Assembly (NCBI RefSeq): GCF_039654945.1
Contig: NW_027361772.1
Location: 7,502,001-7,566,000 of the forward strand
Length of the DNA: 64,000 nt
Origin: Dendrobates tinctorius
Lineage: Eukaryota
Direction of reading: 5' to 3'
The notes beneath the pieces were generated by a model. It did no database searches and was not told the DNA's origin. It was given only the letters and a program-made list of their open reading frames with translations. The position numbers were made by a program, and so were the translations under genes. Below are positions 13,701-25,240 of the stretch, one piece after another. The first letter of the stretch is position 1, and each line of letters begins with the position of its first letter.

Positions 13701-14461
13701 AGTCACACAGCTGCTATGTTCGGGCAACATCCTAGAACTTCTGTCTGGGGCCGGTAGCAGCTGATTGGCGAAAGTGCAGGACGTCGCACTCCTACCGATC
13801 AGATATTGATAGCCTTTCCTAAAAATAGGCCATCAATAAATAACTAGTGGCCAAACCATTAAGTCATACAAAATTGCTGCAAAAATACAAAATTTTCAGA
13901 ATCGACTTTTCGTTTCAGACACTTTTTAATGCGAAAAAATAATTATTTAACTAAAATGTATAAATCAAATGTCAATTACCTTCACTTTGATGGACAATTC
14001 ATCAGTGTAAAAGTCTTCCACATGCTCACTGCAAGGAGAAGAAATGGCATTCAAGACATGATGAAATAAAACACTGCGACGTAAGACCTAATTATTCTGT
14101 AGCCCAAAGCCTCAAAAATCCTTTAGTACTTAGCTAATATATATATATGTCTATGTAACATATATGGTACATGTAACATATTTTACATTTTTTCATCCTG
14201 TACAAATGATGGACTTTGTATTTTTTTTTATAATTTTTTAGGTTTCTATTCTTTTTATTTATTTTTTTTAATTATGTAAAGCATGTGTCTTATGTTACAT
14301 CACGGTGATATTCTCTCCTATAGTTATTACGGCAGCTCACTGAGCGCTCTTCATAGCCCAGTGCATATCCTAGTTCAAGCCCCGACCTTCTTTAGCGGGA
14401 TGGATGTAGATTATTACCTGTACTCCATTGAAATGTCATTATATTCTGGAATTTCTGCCAT
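10713..14461 (-). CDS. il1b: Interleukin-1 beta, copy A (281 aa). Coding exons 14461-14418, 14028-13980, 12839-12620, 12461-12282, 12171-12032, 10925-10713; non-coding exon 1 about 14643-14574
   Basis: Manual splicing with canonical GT-AG junctions gives an 846-nt open frame: MAEIPEYNDISMEYS/EHVEDFYTDELSIKVK/TNKKHLQW..FKKVVMLVVVVEKLK..FNDDDLL../..IRDQKQKCLTL..ALFLQGQNIQQE/AKINVGTY..PVTLGIAG..YLCC../EVDD..LLPFIFYKK..FESAAFPGYYISTS (IL-1 signature). The 7-exon layout with ATG in exon 2 matches vertebrate IL1B. Confidence 0.95.
11140..11252. repeat. 40-bp tandem repeat x3 in il1b copy A intron 6
   Basis: CCAGATATGAGTGGTAGAGACTTATCTCCAGGAGATACCA repeated; copy B has a single unit (about 29369-29400). 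Confidence 0.85.
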
Positions 14462-14668
14462 TATGTCTGTAGAGATAAATATACAACATAAATATATAGG
14501 GAATAGATCCAGACCGACACAAATATGTCTAGGTGACACATAAAACACGCAATAAAGGAAAATGATAAAATACCTTAAAAAGAAAAGCTGTAGAAAATAA
14601 GAAGTCCTGGAGACGTCCTGATCCCTGTGTGCTCGCAGCTACTGATCTGTCTGCAGACGGGCGGCTGC

Positions 14669-14825
14669 TTTTATAGACAGGCGACTGCTCAGGATCTTAC
14701 ACAATACCGGGGTTTTTCCCGACTTACTCTTTTTTTTTTTTGTGAGCGTGCTGTTCATTCTTTTCACATTTATAAAGCTGGATTTCACATGTACAAAGTA
14801 TTTAATTTCACCAGTGGGGTTTCCT
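14669..14825 (-). promoter_or_regulatory. il1b copy A proximal promoter: TATA (14669-14675), C/EBP (14696-14704), NF-kB-like sites (14709-14720, about 14815-14825)
   Basis: Minus strand TATAAAA about 100 nt upstream of the exon 1 donor; TTGTGTAAG fits the NF-IL6 consensus TKNNGNAAK; GGGGTTTTTCCC and GGGGTTTCC are kB-like. All are conserved in copy B. Confidence 0.8.
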
Positions 14826-15051
14826 TACTTTTGGGATCATGCCCTTCACAATAAATCAGGCACAGGTAGAATAACAGAGACTGATACCTAGCATGCAATT
14901 TATTTATTATGTGAATTTCCCATTTAAGTTGGAGCATTTTGCTGACATGATCGACCCTATCTTGAAATTTAAAGGGGTTTTTCATTGGTTAAAATAATTT
15001 TTAAAAGGATGATAGCAATATTTATTTAAAAAAATATGAGAATGTAAAAAA

Positions 15052-15892
15052 TCTACTATATAATCGTCTAATTCTTTCTGTCTGTCTGTAATGGAAATCC
15101 CGCGTCGCTGATTGGTTGAGCCCAGCCGAATTGGCGCGGCATTCGAACGACGCACGCCACTGCTACCGTTGGGAGATCTGCGGCGCTAGCCGCTGATCTC
15201 CCGATCATTGCCACGGGTCATCTCCTGCCGCACGGAGGTCAGCGGCGACGCAGCCGGTAGATGACCGGTGCAGCGCTCAATGTGCGGATGGTACCCAGGG
15301 TCCAGAGGAGAGGATACTCTCCTCCAGGCCCTGGGTACCATAAACCTGTAAAAAATAGAATTAAAATAAAAAATAGTGATATACTCACCTTCCGATGGCC
15401 CCGGACTCTTTCCTGCCTCTCACCACGTGCCCGGCAACTTCCGGTCCCAGTAATGCTTTGCGCAAAAGACCGCTGATGACGTAGCGCTCTCGCTGGAGTG
15501 ACATCATCTCCGGTCCTTCGCGCTAAGCATTACTGGGACCTTAAGATGCCGGGAGCGTGGAGAGGAGATCAGGGGCCGTCGAAAGGTGAGAATAAAAAAA
15601 AGTTTATTCTCACCTTCCGACAGCCCCCGATCTCCTCTCCACGCTCCCGGCATCTTCCAGTCCCATTAATGCTTAGCGCGAAGGACCGGAGATGACGTCA
15701 CTCTCGCGAGAGCGCGACGTCATCAGTGGTCTTTCGCGCAAAGCATTACTGGGACCGGAAGATGCCGGGCATGTGGTGAGAGGAGGGAAAGAGTCCGGTG
15801 GCTGTCAGAAGGTGAGTATAACCTTTTTTTTTTTTTATTTTTTTTGCCATATTCTAGAATACCCAATGTGTTAGAATCGGGCCACCATCTAG
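15052..15892 (+). mobile_element. Non-autonomous Helitron
   Basis: A|TCTACTATATAA 5' end, subterminal hairpin-like CCCAAT..ATCGGG, then CTAG|T 3' end; AT target with no TSD; CpG-rich internal repeats. Confidence 0.75.
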
Positions 15893-15926
<34 letters not shown>

Positions 15927-17533
15927 CAACAAAATATAAAATATCATCCTTGAGCCCCAGGAGCTCCTGTTCCGACACCCGTTATTTGCTGGTCTTTACT
16001 TCCAAGTTTCAACTCAAAACACTTGTTAAAATTATTTGCAGCATTTTTCCAGTGCATTTTTTTCTGCTTAAAAAAAGCTTGCATTTTACAGTCCCAGGAA
16101 AGTGAATGAGGTCTCTGAAGTCTTATGCACGTGCTGCTGTTTTTTGTTTTTTGTTACTTGCATATTTTAATCATCAATGCGGTTTTTTTTAAATATGCAC
16201 CATGTCGATTTTATCGTTTTTTTAAAACATTTTTCACCCATTCAAATGAATATCTAAAAAACCCAAGTAAAAATGTGTTCAAAATGCAAGTAAAAATGTA
16301 TGAAAAGTCCATAAAATACAAGCACATCGAGTACCACATTCATTCTGTATTTTTGCTGCACAAATATCGGCTGCAAAAGCTCAACATGTGAACTTACCCT
16401 ATAAGCATACCCTAAAAGTGGCCAGAAATCTACTTAAAGAAGCTCTCCTCATCCTCCTCCTATCAAAGTTTTTATCCTCTTAAAATATTGCAGTCATCAT
16501 ATTATATGGCACTGTGTAGTTACAATTGCTCATTTTATCTTTCTACCTAGTTAATTGTTTTCTCAAAGAAAACACTTTGAGTAATGTATCAGGGAGGCAC
16601 ATTTTGGATAAAACCATTTTTGACCTGTTACAATGAGTTCATGATTTATTTTTAATGTCCTTGTGAGCTTCAATATTTAAGAAGTAAAGACTATGAGAGA
16701 GAAAATATAGAAGCACCACAAGCTGGGAGTTTTAGTAGGGTGTGATGCAGTCCCATTGGTCAAAGCAGGTGTAGGGAAGGTGACCTGACGGACGGACGGA
16801 CTAGTCAGAGTGAAGAAAGATAGGTTTGCACAGTGTAGGTAGGAGTCAGTGATTACAGTGGGGAAACAACTAGGAAAGTGTAGTGGACGTGCAGTACCTT
16901 GGGATGACCATTAGATGGCAGGGTGGAGTGTGAGCAAAGGACTTTACAGCAGCTTAGGGCTTTAGAAACCGTTGGTCATGGGGGGCGTGGTGACAGTTAG
17001 AGTGACAGTTTCAAGGAACCGGGGGAGTTATAAATACTGAGGGAGGGTTCCAGAAAGTTCCAGTCCCCAGGGGGAGCTCAAGTGACAGGAGGACTACGAC
17101 AGTCTGTGCACTCTGAGGAGAATCCAGACCAGGGGGACTGAGGAGAGAGGACGTCAGGGGGGTGGTCCTGACAGGAAAGGACCGCAGTTGAGACGAGGTA
17201 CTGGGTGTAAGACACCATATGTGACACGACGACTGAGCAGTAGAAGCGCTGTTGGTTAATGGGCCTAAGGCGGCCACAGTGACGGAACTGTCAGGAGCGT
17301 CGACAGTAAAGGAGGGGACGGTGTGTGCAGACACGTCTCCAGTGTACGGTGTGAGAAGCGGCTCTGGAAACGGAGGGCCGCGAGGTGTGCCGTCAGTCGG
17401 ACGGCAAGTGAAGAAATAAACTTGGACCTGTTGCACCCAGAATCTGCCTCCATCTCGTCTCTGTTGTCATCTCTGCGCGGTATAAAAGTAGGACCACCCC
17501 CCCAGCTCGGCACCCCACCACCGACACTACATT

Positions 17534-17551
17534 TGGCGTAGTCGGCAGGAT
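17534..17551 (+). promoter_or_regulatory. Primer binding site for tRNA-Ser
   Basis: TGGCGTAGTCGGCAGGAT is complementary to the vertebrate tRNA-Ser 3' end (..ATCCTGCCGACTACGCCA) and starts 2 nt after the LTR. Confidence 0.9.
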
Positions 17552-17742
17552 CGCCGCCGCTAATACGCTATCTTCTGCGGCAGGCCTGCAACTGAAGGAC
17601 TGAGGAAAACTTGGACTACTCTATTTCGGATTATAAACACCTGTGGACTAAAAATTACTGACCTGTGGATTACAAATTGGGACGCTGTGTCGGATCTGTG
17701 TTGCTTGCAGAGGATCCAAGGCAGTAGCTGATTCTGCCCAAG

Positions 17743-18870
17743 ATGGCGGTATTACTTCAGCGCAGAGGAGAGGTCCGGGTGTTTGCAGTTGTTCAGAATG
17801 GACTGGGACCCCCTCCAACGTACCCCAAAAGGAAGCAATATATGCCCGGAGACCGACGTTTCCATATATTGGACCCTGGCAGATGGATGGAAAGGTCTGC
17901 CAACGCCCCACCCAGCAGGAGGAGTGGCACAGAAGAAAAACTTGGCTGCGGCTGTCTGATGCCATTCGAGTGCTGCCCAACGGACGGTATGAGATGCTGC
18001 GGGTGTCGGGGCATCGGCCGCCTAGAGTGGCAATGGCGGCGAGAGATGGAGCTGCATCAGAAGTCATCTTCAGATTTACGGGCAGGCAGCGGGATGCTGA
18101 GCCGGGGAGCGGAGCCTGAGGGGAGTCAGCGAGAACGGCTGCCACCAATACCAGCAGAGGACTTCTCAGCGGAGCCCCCGAGTCCGGAGGGAAGGCCCGC
18201 AGGACAGTGGAGCAAGGAACGGAGGCTGCGGGGGAAACTGCGTGATGATGAAACGGAGGCCGCAGCGCCGGGGAAGGTGAGAGTACCCCCGGCCCTACCA
18301 GTGCCTCCGCAAGCGGCCCCCACCATTCTGCTGCAGCACGCGGCCCCCTGCGCACCGGAAGGCCTAGTTACCACGGGCCCCGTGGTGTATGCAGAGCTGA
18401 GCGAGGTCCCCGCTCATGTCCCCGAACTACCCCGCCCGGAGTCACCAGTGCAGAGCTCACCCAAAGAAGATGCTGCTGCGCTTTCCCTGCTAATAGCAGC
18501 TGCATTGTTGAAATCGGCCGTTACTCCGACTCCGTTGGAAGTAGTGGATGCGGCCTGTCCTGAGGCCGCGGTTATGCCGCTGCTGGAGTCGGCTGCGACC
18601 GATTTAGCGGGCCCTGTGATTCCAGCCCCCGAGGACCCGGTTCTCCCCATTTGCCACCTGACCCCAGCGGCTGCTGGGCCGCAGAAATCTTCGGCCGTTT
18701 CTGTCTTGCGGTCTTTTTCAGCGGAGTCCCGCCCACCGGACTCCAGGGCCCGTGCTGTTCCCTCCGTGTGGGAAGCGGAGGTGATCAGGAAGAAAAAGGC
18801 CCGGGAGCAGGAAGTGTGGAACCTGCTCCACACTCAAGGAGAGGCCGTCATGGAAAAGAAGAGGACTTGA
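17743..18870 (+). CDS. 375-aa orphan ORF inside the LTR element (Cys-cluster N-terminal part, Pro/Ala/Glu-rich middle, basic helical end)
   Basis: Longest ORF of the internal region, in the gag position and sense to the LTRs. No recognisable gag or pol motif. Confidence 0.45.
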   Translation: MAVLLQRRGEVRVFAVVQNGLGPPPTYPKRKQYMPGDRRFHILDPGRWMERSANAPPSRRSGTEEKLGCGCLMPFECCPTDGMRCCGCRGIGRLEWQWRREMELHQKSSSDLRAGSGMLSRGAEPEGSQRERLPPIPAEDFSAEPPSPEGRPAGQWSKERRLRGKLRDDETEAAAPGKVRVPPALPVPPQAAPTILLQHAAPCAPEGLVTTGPVVYAELSEVPAHVPELPRPESPVQSSPKEDAAALSLLIAAALLKSAVTPTPLEVVDAACPEAAVMPLLESAATDLAGPVIPAPEDPVLPICHLTPAAAGPQKSSAVSVLRSFSAESRPPDSRARAVPSVWEAEVIRKKKAREQEVWNLLHTQGEAVMEKKRT

Positions 18871-20680
18871 ATGGACACCCTCAGTATCCCCGTGGAGCCC
18901 TCACCTCTATCCATTGAGAGTGGTATAGACTGTCAGGAGTTCGATGCACCGTTGTGCAGATTATAAGGACAGTTGCATTTAGAAAAAAGTTTTGTTGTTG
19001 TTTAACTGATGCAACTATTTTCTCTCTCTCTTTCTTTCTTCTTTCTATGTTCTTTATATACGAAAATATGTTTACCTGACAGAACGGGGATACGGAAAAG
19101 TGGAGGAGTGTCCAGGTCCAAGGAAGGGGGGGAGGAAGAAAGAGGAAATGCAATGTTATGTTATATTTTGGTTTTAAAAGCAAGAGAAAATGAAAAAAAA
19201 AAAATTAAAAAAAATGGGGTACTTGTGCTATTATAAAGTTGTATGATGTATAATATGCAAAGTAAAATGCAACAGGTCCGGGTTAAGGGAAGGTCTGCGG
19301 GACCAAAGGAAAGTGTGAGATCCGGTAGGGATCTAAGAGTTGAGGTCTGGGAGACCGGGACGCCGACCATGACATGTAATTGAAAGAAGGAAAATGAATG
19401 GGAAGATGTGAGAAAGACAGCCGTCCTAGGTCAGGTCCCCGACGCCACGGACACCCCTGAAGAAGGAAAGGCGGGCGCCGGCAATGATCTGGTAGGTGAG
19501 TGGCCTCGATCATGGCGTACCGGATAGTGAAAGGTAACAGTAGGGGAGAGTAGGGGAAAGATACACGCCGTAGAGAGAATACGGGTGTACCTTGCCCAAT
19601 TTGAAAGACGTTGTCATGTGGCGTGCGCGCTGGTGAGTAGCAGTAGGCTGCTCAGAGCATAGTGCTCCCAGTATAGTTCGGCCCCCGCAGATAGTGGGTT
19701 TGGCTCAACTTCTGGTCCGACAACAGAATGTAGGTGTAGATTCAGAACGACGAAGGCAGGGATGACGATTGTCGAGGACGACAATGGACAAAGGAAGGAG
19801 GAGTGTAGGGAAGGTGACCTGACGGACGGACGGACTAGTCAGAGTGAAGAAAGATAGGTTTGCACAGTGTAGGTAGGAGTCAGTGATTACAGTGGGGAAA
19901 CAACTAGGAAAGTGTAGTGGACGTGCAGTACCTTGGGATGACCATTAGATGGCAGGGTGGAGTGTGAGCAAAGGACTTTACAGCAGCTTAGGGCTTTAGA
20001 AACCGTTGGTCATGGGGGGCGTGGTGACAGTTAGAGTGACAGTTTCAAGGAACCGGGGGAGTTATAAATACTGAGGGAGGGTTCCAGAAAGTTCCAGTCC
20101 CCAGGGGGAGCTCAAGTGACAGGAGGACTACGACAGTCTGTGCACTCTGAGGAGAATCCAGACCAGGGGGACTGAGGAGAGAGGACGTCAGGGGGGTGGT
20201 CCTGACAGGAAAGGACCGCAGTTGAGACGAGGTACTGGGTGTAAGACACCATATGTGACACGACGACTGAGCAGTAGAAGCGCTGTTGGTTAATGGGCCT
20301 AAGGCGGCCACAGTGACGGAACTGTCAGGAGCGTCGACAGTAAAGGAGGGGACGGTGTGTGCAGACACGTCTCCAGTGTACGGTGTGAGAAGCGGCTCTG
20401 GAAACGGAGGGCCGCGAGGTGTGCCGTCAGTCGGACGGCAAGTGAAGAAATAAACTTGGACCTGTTGCACCCAGAATCTGCCTCCATCTCGTCTCTGTTG
20501 TCATCTCTGCGCGGTATAAAAGTAGGACCACCCCCCCAGCTCGGCACCCCACCACCGACACTACACAGGGACAGTACCACACCCTACTAAAACTTCAAAC
20601 TTGTGGTCCTTGCATAAATTCTCTCTTGTGGTCCTTCCTATGTATTGAAGCTCACATGGACAGAAAAGATATATCACAAA

Positions 20681-20790
20681 CAGGGCTGTGGAGTCAGTAA
20701 GCCAAACCTCCGACTCCTCAATTTCCATGACTCCGGCTCCACCAAAATGGGCTCCGACTCCACGTCTCCAACTCAGACTCCAGAGCCCTA
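20681..20790. mobile_element. 110-bp hAT MITE
   Basis: CAGGGCTGTGGAGTC...GACTCCAGAGCCCTA TIRs; perfect 8-bp TSD ATCACAAA. Confidence 0.9.
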
Positions 20791-21681
20791 ATCACAAACT
20801 CATTGTGACAATCACCAATACTTCCAGACTAGGTGACACTACAGGTCCCACACCCCTTAGTCTCTGTGGCTGGACAAAGCCTGCACCGCCAGAGCTTCTG
20901 GTCACAATATATCCTCCAGCACCACCTACAGAATGAATATGGCTGTGCATGGTGACAGGAGCCGATGTCGCAGGAGCAGGTCTAGGAGGAGACACCTTTG
21001 ATGGGTGTCCGGCCTGTAAGTATAGTCTGCATTTTCCCATTCAGGAGGTGACAAAATATGATGGCTTTTTTCATCACATTGCTTGTTGCCCAGGTGATGT
21101 GCGCAATAATGGTCGTTGTCAGGACATCGCGGGCAGTCATGCATCATTCTGAGATGTGCAGCAATTTTTATGTGCAGATAAGACATTATGTAAATAGTTT
21201 TCCACATACTAAATAAGCCATGTCTTTTGATATAGCCAAATGTTGGTGAAACGCACGCCGAGGTGCTTCTGCGTCACTTATCCTCCTTTTTTTTTTCTGC
21301 TGGCACACCATGTCTCTACGTCTCGTATATATTACTTATGCACAACCATGTAGTTTGTATCCAGGCACATGTGGGTCCTTTTGATATTTTGGGCATCCCT
21401 TAGGCTTATGTTGTTATGGGAGTTGTCCTTGCCATATTCTTTTGGGGTAATATTTAAGGCCTTTATACAATTACGCCCTATGTGCCACCCCAGCTGGGCC
21501 ACTGCTGTAACATTACTGGGTCACAGCCAAGTGCTTGTCGAGTCCGACTGGGGGCACGTGCCACTCTTTGTCAATTGTGGTGTTAATGATAAAAGTAATT
21601 AAAAGGTTCGTGACACCAGTTGGGATGTTCGGGCTGGTATGGCTGGGCACTAATGAGGGACCCAGGGAGTTAGGTGATGAT

Positions 21682-21988
21682 TAGTGATGAGCGAGTATAC
21701 TCGTTACTCAAGATTTCCACACATGCTCAGGTGTTCTCTGATTTTGGCGTGCTCGGAGATTTAGTTTGTGTCGCCGCAGCTGCATCATTTGCGGCTGCTA
21801 GACAGCCTGAATACATGTGGAGATTGCCTGTTTGTTAGGAAATACCCACATGTATTCAGGCTGTCTAGCAGCCGCAAATGATGCAGCTGCGGCGACACAA
21901 ACTAAATCTCCAAGCACGCCCAAAATACTCGGAGAACACCCGAGCGTGCTTGGAAATCTCGAGTAACGAGCATACTCGCTCATCACTA
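21682..21988. mobile_element. Palindromic hAT MITE
   Basis: TAGTGATGAGCGAG...CTCGCTCATCACTA with near-complete internal self-complementarity; TSD GTGATGAT/GTGGTGAT. Confidence 0.9.
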
Positions 21989-22087
21989 GTGGTGATAGAC
22001 AGTGGCAGAGGATTAACCCCTCCCAACTAGGGCTGGCTCCCAGGGGAATTGGATCAGGAATGGTACAGCAGAGAATAATCAGCGTTA

Positions 22088-22580
22088 GGGCCCCGTCACA
22101 CATAGCGACTCACCAGCGATCCCGACAACGATATCAACGTGTCAGGATCGCTGGTGAGTCGCTACATGATCGCTGGTGAGCTGTCAAACAGACAGCTTCA
22201 CCAGCGATCAGCACAGCGATGCCGAGCGCGCGTCGTCGCTGTGTTCGTTAGTTACCAGCGCGCTGATGCAGGGAGCTGGTAACTAACGCACACATCGGGT
22301 ATCTAAGGGACGCACGTCCCTTGGATACCCAATGTGTACATTAGTTACCAGCAGATCGCTGGTGTACCGCCTGTCACACGCAGCGATGCGTGCTGGCCAG
22401 CGGGAGACCAGCGACCAAAGAAAAGTCCAGAGGTTTCCCAAGAGCGAGCAGCGATACCGGGGCCGGTCGCTGATCGCTGTCACACACAGCGATCTCGCTG
22501 GTGAGATCGCTGTTGTGTCACAAAACTTGTGACTCAGCAGCGATCTCGCTAGCGAGATCGCTGTGTGTGACGTGGTCTTT
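22088..22580. mobile_element. PIF/Harbinger-type MITE (AGCGAT-rich family)
   Basis: TTA-flanked GGGCCCCGTCACAC...GTGTGACGTGGTC; same family as 33452-34266. Confidence 0.65.
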
Positions 22581-22914
22581 AGGGTAATGATCAGTTTGTA
22601 CCTTTTCCTGAAGTTCTGCAAACAGTTCCAGAAGCTTCCCTACAATTCACATACAGGGTTTTGGCCAGGTCTCACAAGGTGCGGCTGAGACATCAGTGTA
22701 TTCTGAGTGGTACACTGACTGATGTCAGCCCCGAGCTCCTGCTGGCCGCGGTCTGCGGCTTATGAGACAGACTGTGATGTGCACGCAGGCAGCGCGATGA
22801 CGTCATTGTCTCGTGCCGCTCCAGTTATCTACAGGCCAGAAGAGGGACACGGAGGCCACAGTGCCAGGAATCAAGATGAGGTGAGTATAAACTTTATTAT
22901 TTTTGATATGAACG

Positions 22915-24270
22915 GGCTGTGGGGCCATCATACTATATATATGGGGGGGAAACTGCGGCCATCCTACTATATATATGTGGGGGTATATGTGGGGGAAACT
23001 GCGGCCATCCTACTATATATATGTGGGGGTGTATGTGGGGGAAACTGCGCCCATCCTACTATATATGTGGGGCAAACTGCGGCCATCCTACTATATGTGG
23101 GGGAAACTGCGGCCATCCTACTGTATATATGTGGGGGTATATGTGGGGGGAAACTGCGGCCATTCTACTATATATATGTGGGGGAAACTGCGGCCATCCT
23201 ACTATATATGTGGGGGGAACTGCGGCCATCCTACTGTATATATGGGGGGGGGAAACTGCTGCCATCCTACTATATATATGTGGGGGAATCTGTGGCCATC
23301 CTACTATATATGGGGGGGAAACTGCAACCATCCTACTATATATATGGGGGGGAAACTGCGGCCATCCTACTGTATATATGGGGGGAAACTGCGGCCATCC
23401 TACTATATATATGTGGGGGAAACTGGGCCATCCTACTATATATGTGGGGGAAACTGCGGCCATCCTACTATATATGCAGGGGAAACTGCGGCCATCCTAC
23501 TATATATGGGGGGGAAACTGCGGCCATCCTACTATATATGCAGGGGAAACTGCGGCCATCCTACTATATATGGGGGGAAACTGCAGCCATCCTACTATAT
23601 ATGTGGGGGAAACTGTGGCCATCCTACTATATATGGGGGGGAACTGTGGCCATCCTACTATATATATGTGGGGGAAACTGCGGCCATCCTACTGTATATA
23701 TGGGGGGGGGAACTGAGGCCATCCTACTGTATATATGGGGGGGAAACTGCGGCCATCCTACTGTATATATGGGGGGGAAACTGCGGCCATCCTACTGTAT
23801 ATATGGGGGGGAAACTGCGGCCATCCTACTATATATGTGGGGGAAACTGCGGCCATCCTACTATATATATGGGGGGGAAACTGCGGCCATCCTGCTATAT
23901 ATGGGGGGGGAAACTGCGGCCATCCTACTATATATATATGGGGGGAAACTGCGGCCATCCTACTATATATATGTGGGGGAAACTGCTGCCATCCTACTAT
24001 ATATATGGGGGGGGGAAACTGCGGTCATCCTACTATATATATGTGAGGGAAACTGCGGCCATCCTACTGTATATATGGGTTGGAAACTGCGGCCATCCTA
24101 CTGTGTATATGGGGGGTGAAACTGCGGCCATCCTACTGTGTATATGGGGGGAAACTGCGGCCATCCTACTGTATATATGGGGGGGAAACTGCAGCAATCC
24201 TACTGTATATATGGGGGGAACTGCAGCCATCCTACTATCCTATATATGGGGGCTGGGGACTATATATATG
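22915..24270. repeat. About 30-33-bp minisatellite (GGGGGAAACTGCGGCCATCCTACTATATATAT); degenerate continuation to about 25440
   Basis: Tandem periodicity; accounts for the spurious long ORFs here. Confidence 0.95.
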
Positions 24271-25086
24271 AGTGTGGCCACCCTCTCCTGAGCTGGAAAT
24301 TGTATTTAAAGGCTTCCCCTGACTGGTGTCCGGTGGTCGGGACCCGGTCCTTGTCTGCCCTTATTCACACAGATGTCAACTTTGACACATGATAAGGTTA
24401 CTAATACTAGACAGTGTAGGACCTCCCCGACCACAGAGTCACCTTGTCGATGGTGGGACGGCTTTTATGCTATGTTTGATCAAATACAGTATTACTAAGA
24501 ACTCTGTATGATTTAAATGCACTTTTGCTTTTTACTTATTTAATTATAGCATGTTTTTTTTTCATTTTGTCTTTTGTAGATTTTGTATGCTTTCTGGCCA
24601 TGTGAACATGCATTTACGGTATATGCTGCATGTGTACCAACTCAAACCAAGCTCAATTTTTGTTTTTTTCTATATATATGAGGGAAATTGGGCCATCCGA
24701 CTATATATATGAGGGATCTGGGGCCATCATACTATATACAGGGGGGTCTGGGGCTATCATACTATATACAGGGGGGTCTGGGGCCATCCAACTATATATG
24801 TGGGGGAACTGGGGCCATCCTACTATATATATGAGGGAACTGGAGCCATTCTACTAATATATATATATATATATATATATATAGGAACTGGGGTCTTCAT
24901 ATATATGGGGTGAGCTGGGGAAATCTTACTATATATATATGGGGAGAACTGGTGCCTTCACACTATATATAAGGGGCTGTGGGACCATCATACTTTATAT
25001 ATGAGGGAACTGGGGTCATATTATTTATTTGGTGCAGTGGGGACCTTTATACTATATATACAGGGCAGTAGGGCCATCATACTATA

Positions 25087-25240
25087 CAGTTGAAACCAGA
25101 AGTTCCCATGCACTATATAAAAAGACACATATGACCTAAAACGGGAAAGGTTTATTCTGATTTCATGTCAGATAGAGAAAAACATGCAGATTTGTGTTTT
25201 TATACAGTATATAGTGGATGTAAACTTCTGGTTTCAACTG
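25087..25240. mobile_element. Tc1/mariner MITE
   Basis: TA|CAGTTGAAACCAGAAGT...ACTTCTGGTTTCAACTG|TA. Confidence 0.85.

Larger units (their letters stand above)
16770..20565 (+). mobile_element. Young non-autonomous LTR retrotransposon (Gypsy-type cis signals)
   Basis: 762-bp LTRs at 16770-17531 and 19804-20565 (TGT..ACA, apparently identical); 4-bp TSD CAGG; PBS at 17534-17551; PPT AAAGGAAGGAGGAG before the 3' LTR; no pol. Confidence 0.95.

Noticed and set aside
17011-17436. Duplicated 141-aa ORF (also 20045-20470)
   Set aside because: Antisense ORF within the two identical LTRs; no coding evidence.
22722-24291. Long 438-465-aa ORFs
   Set aside because: Translations of a minisatellite, open in several frames; not genes.
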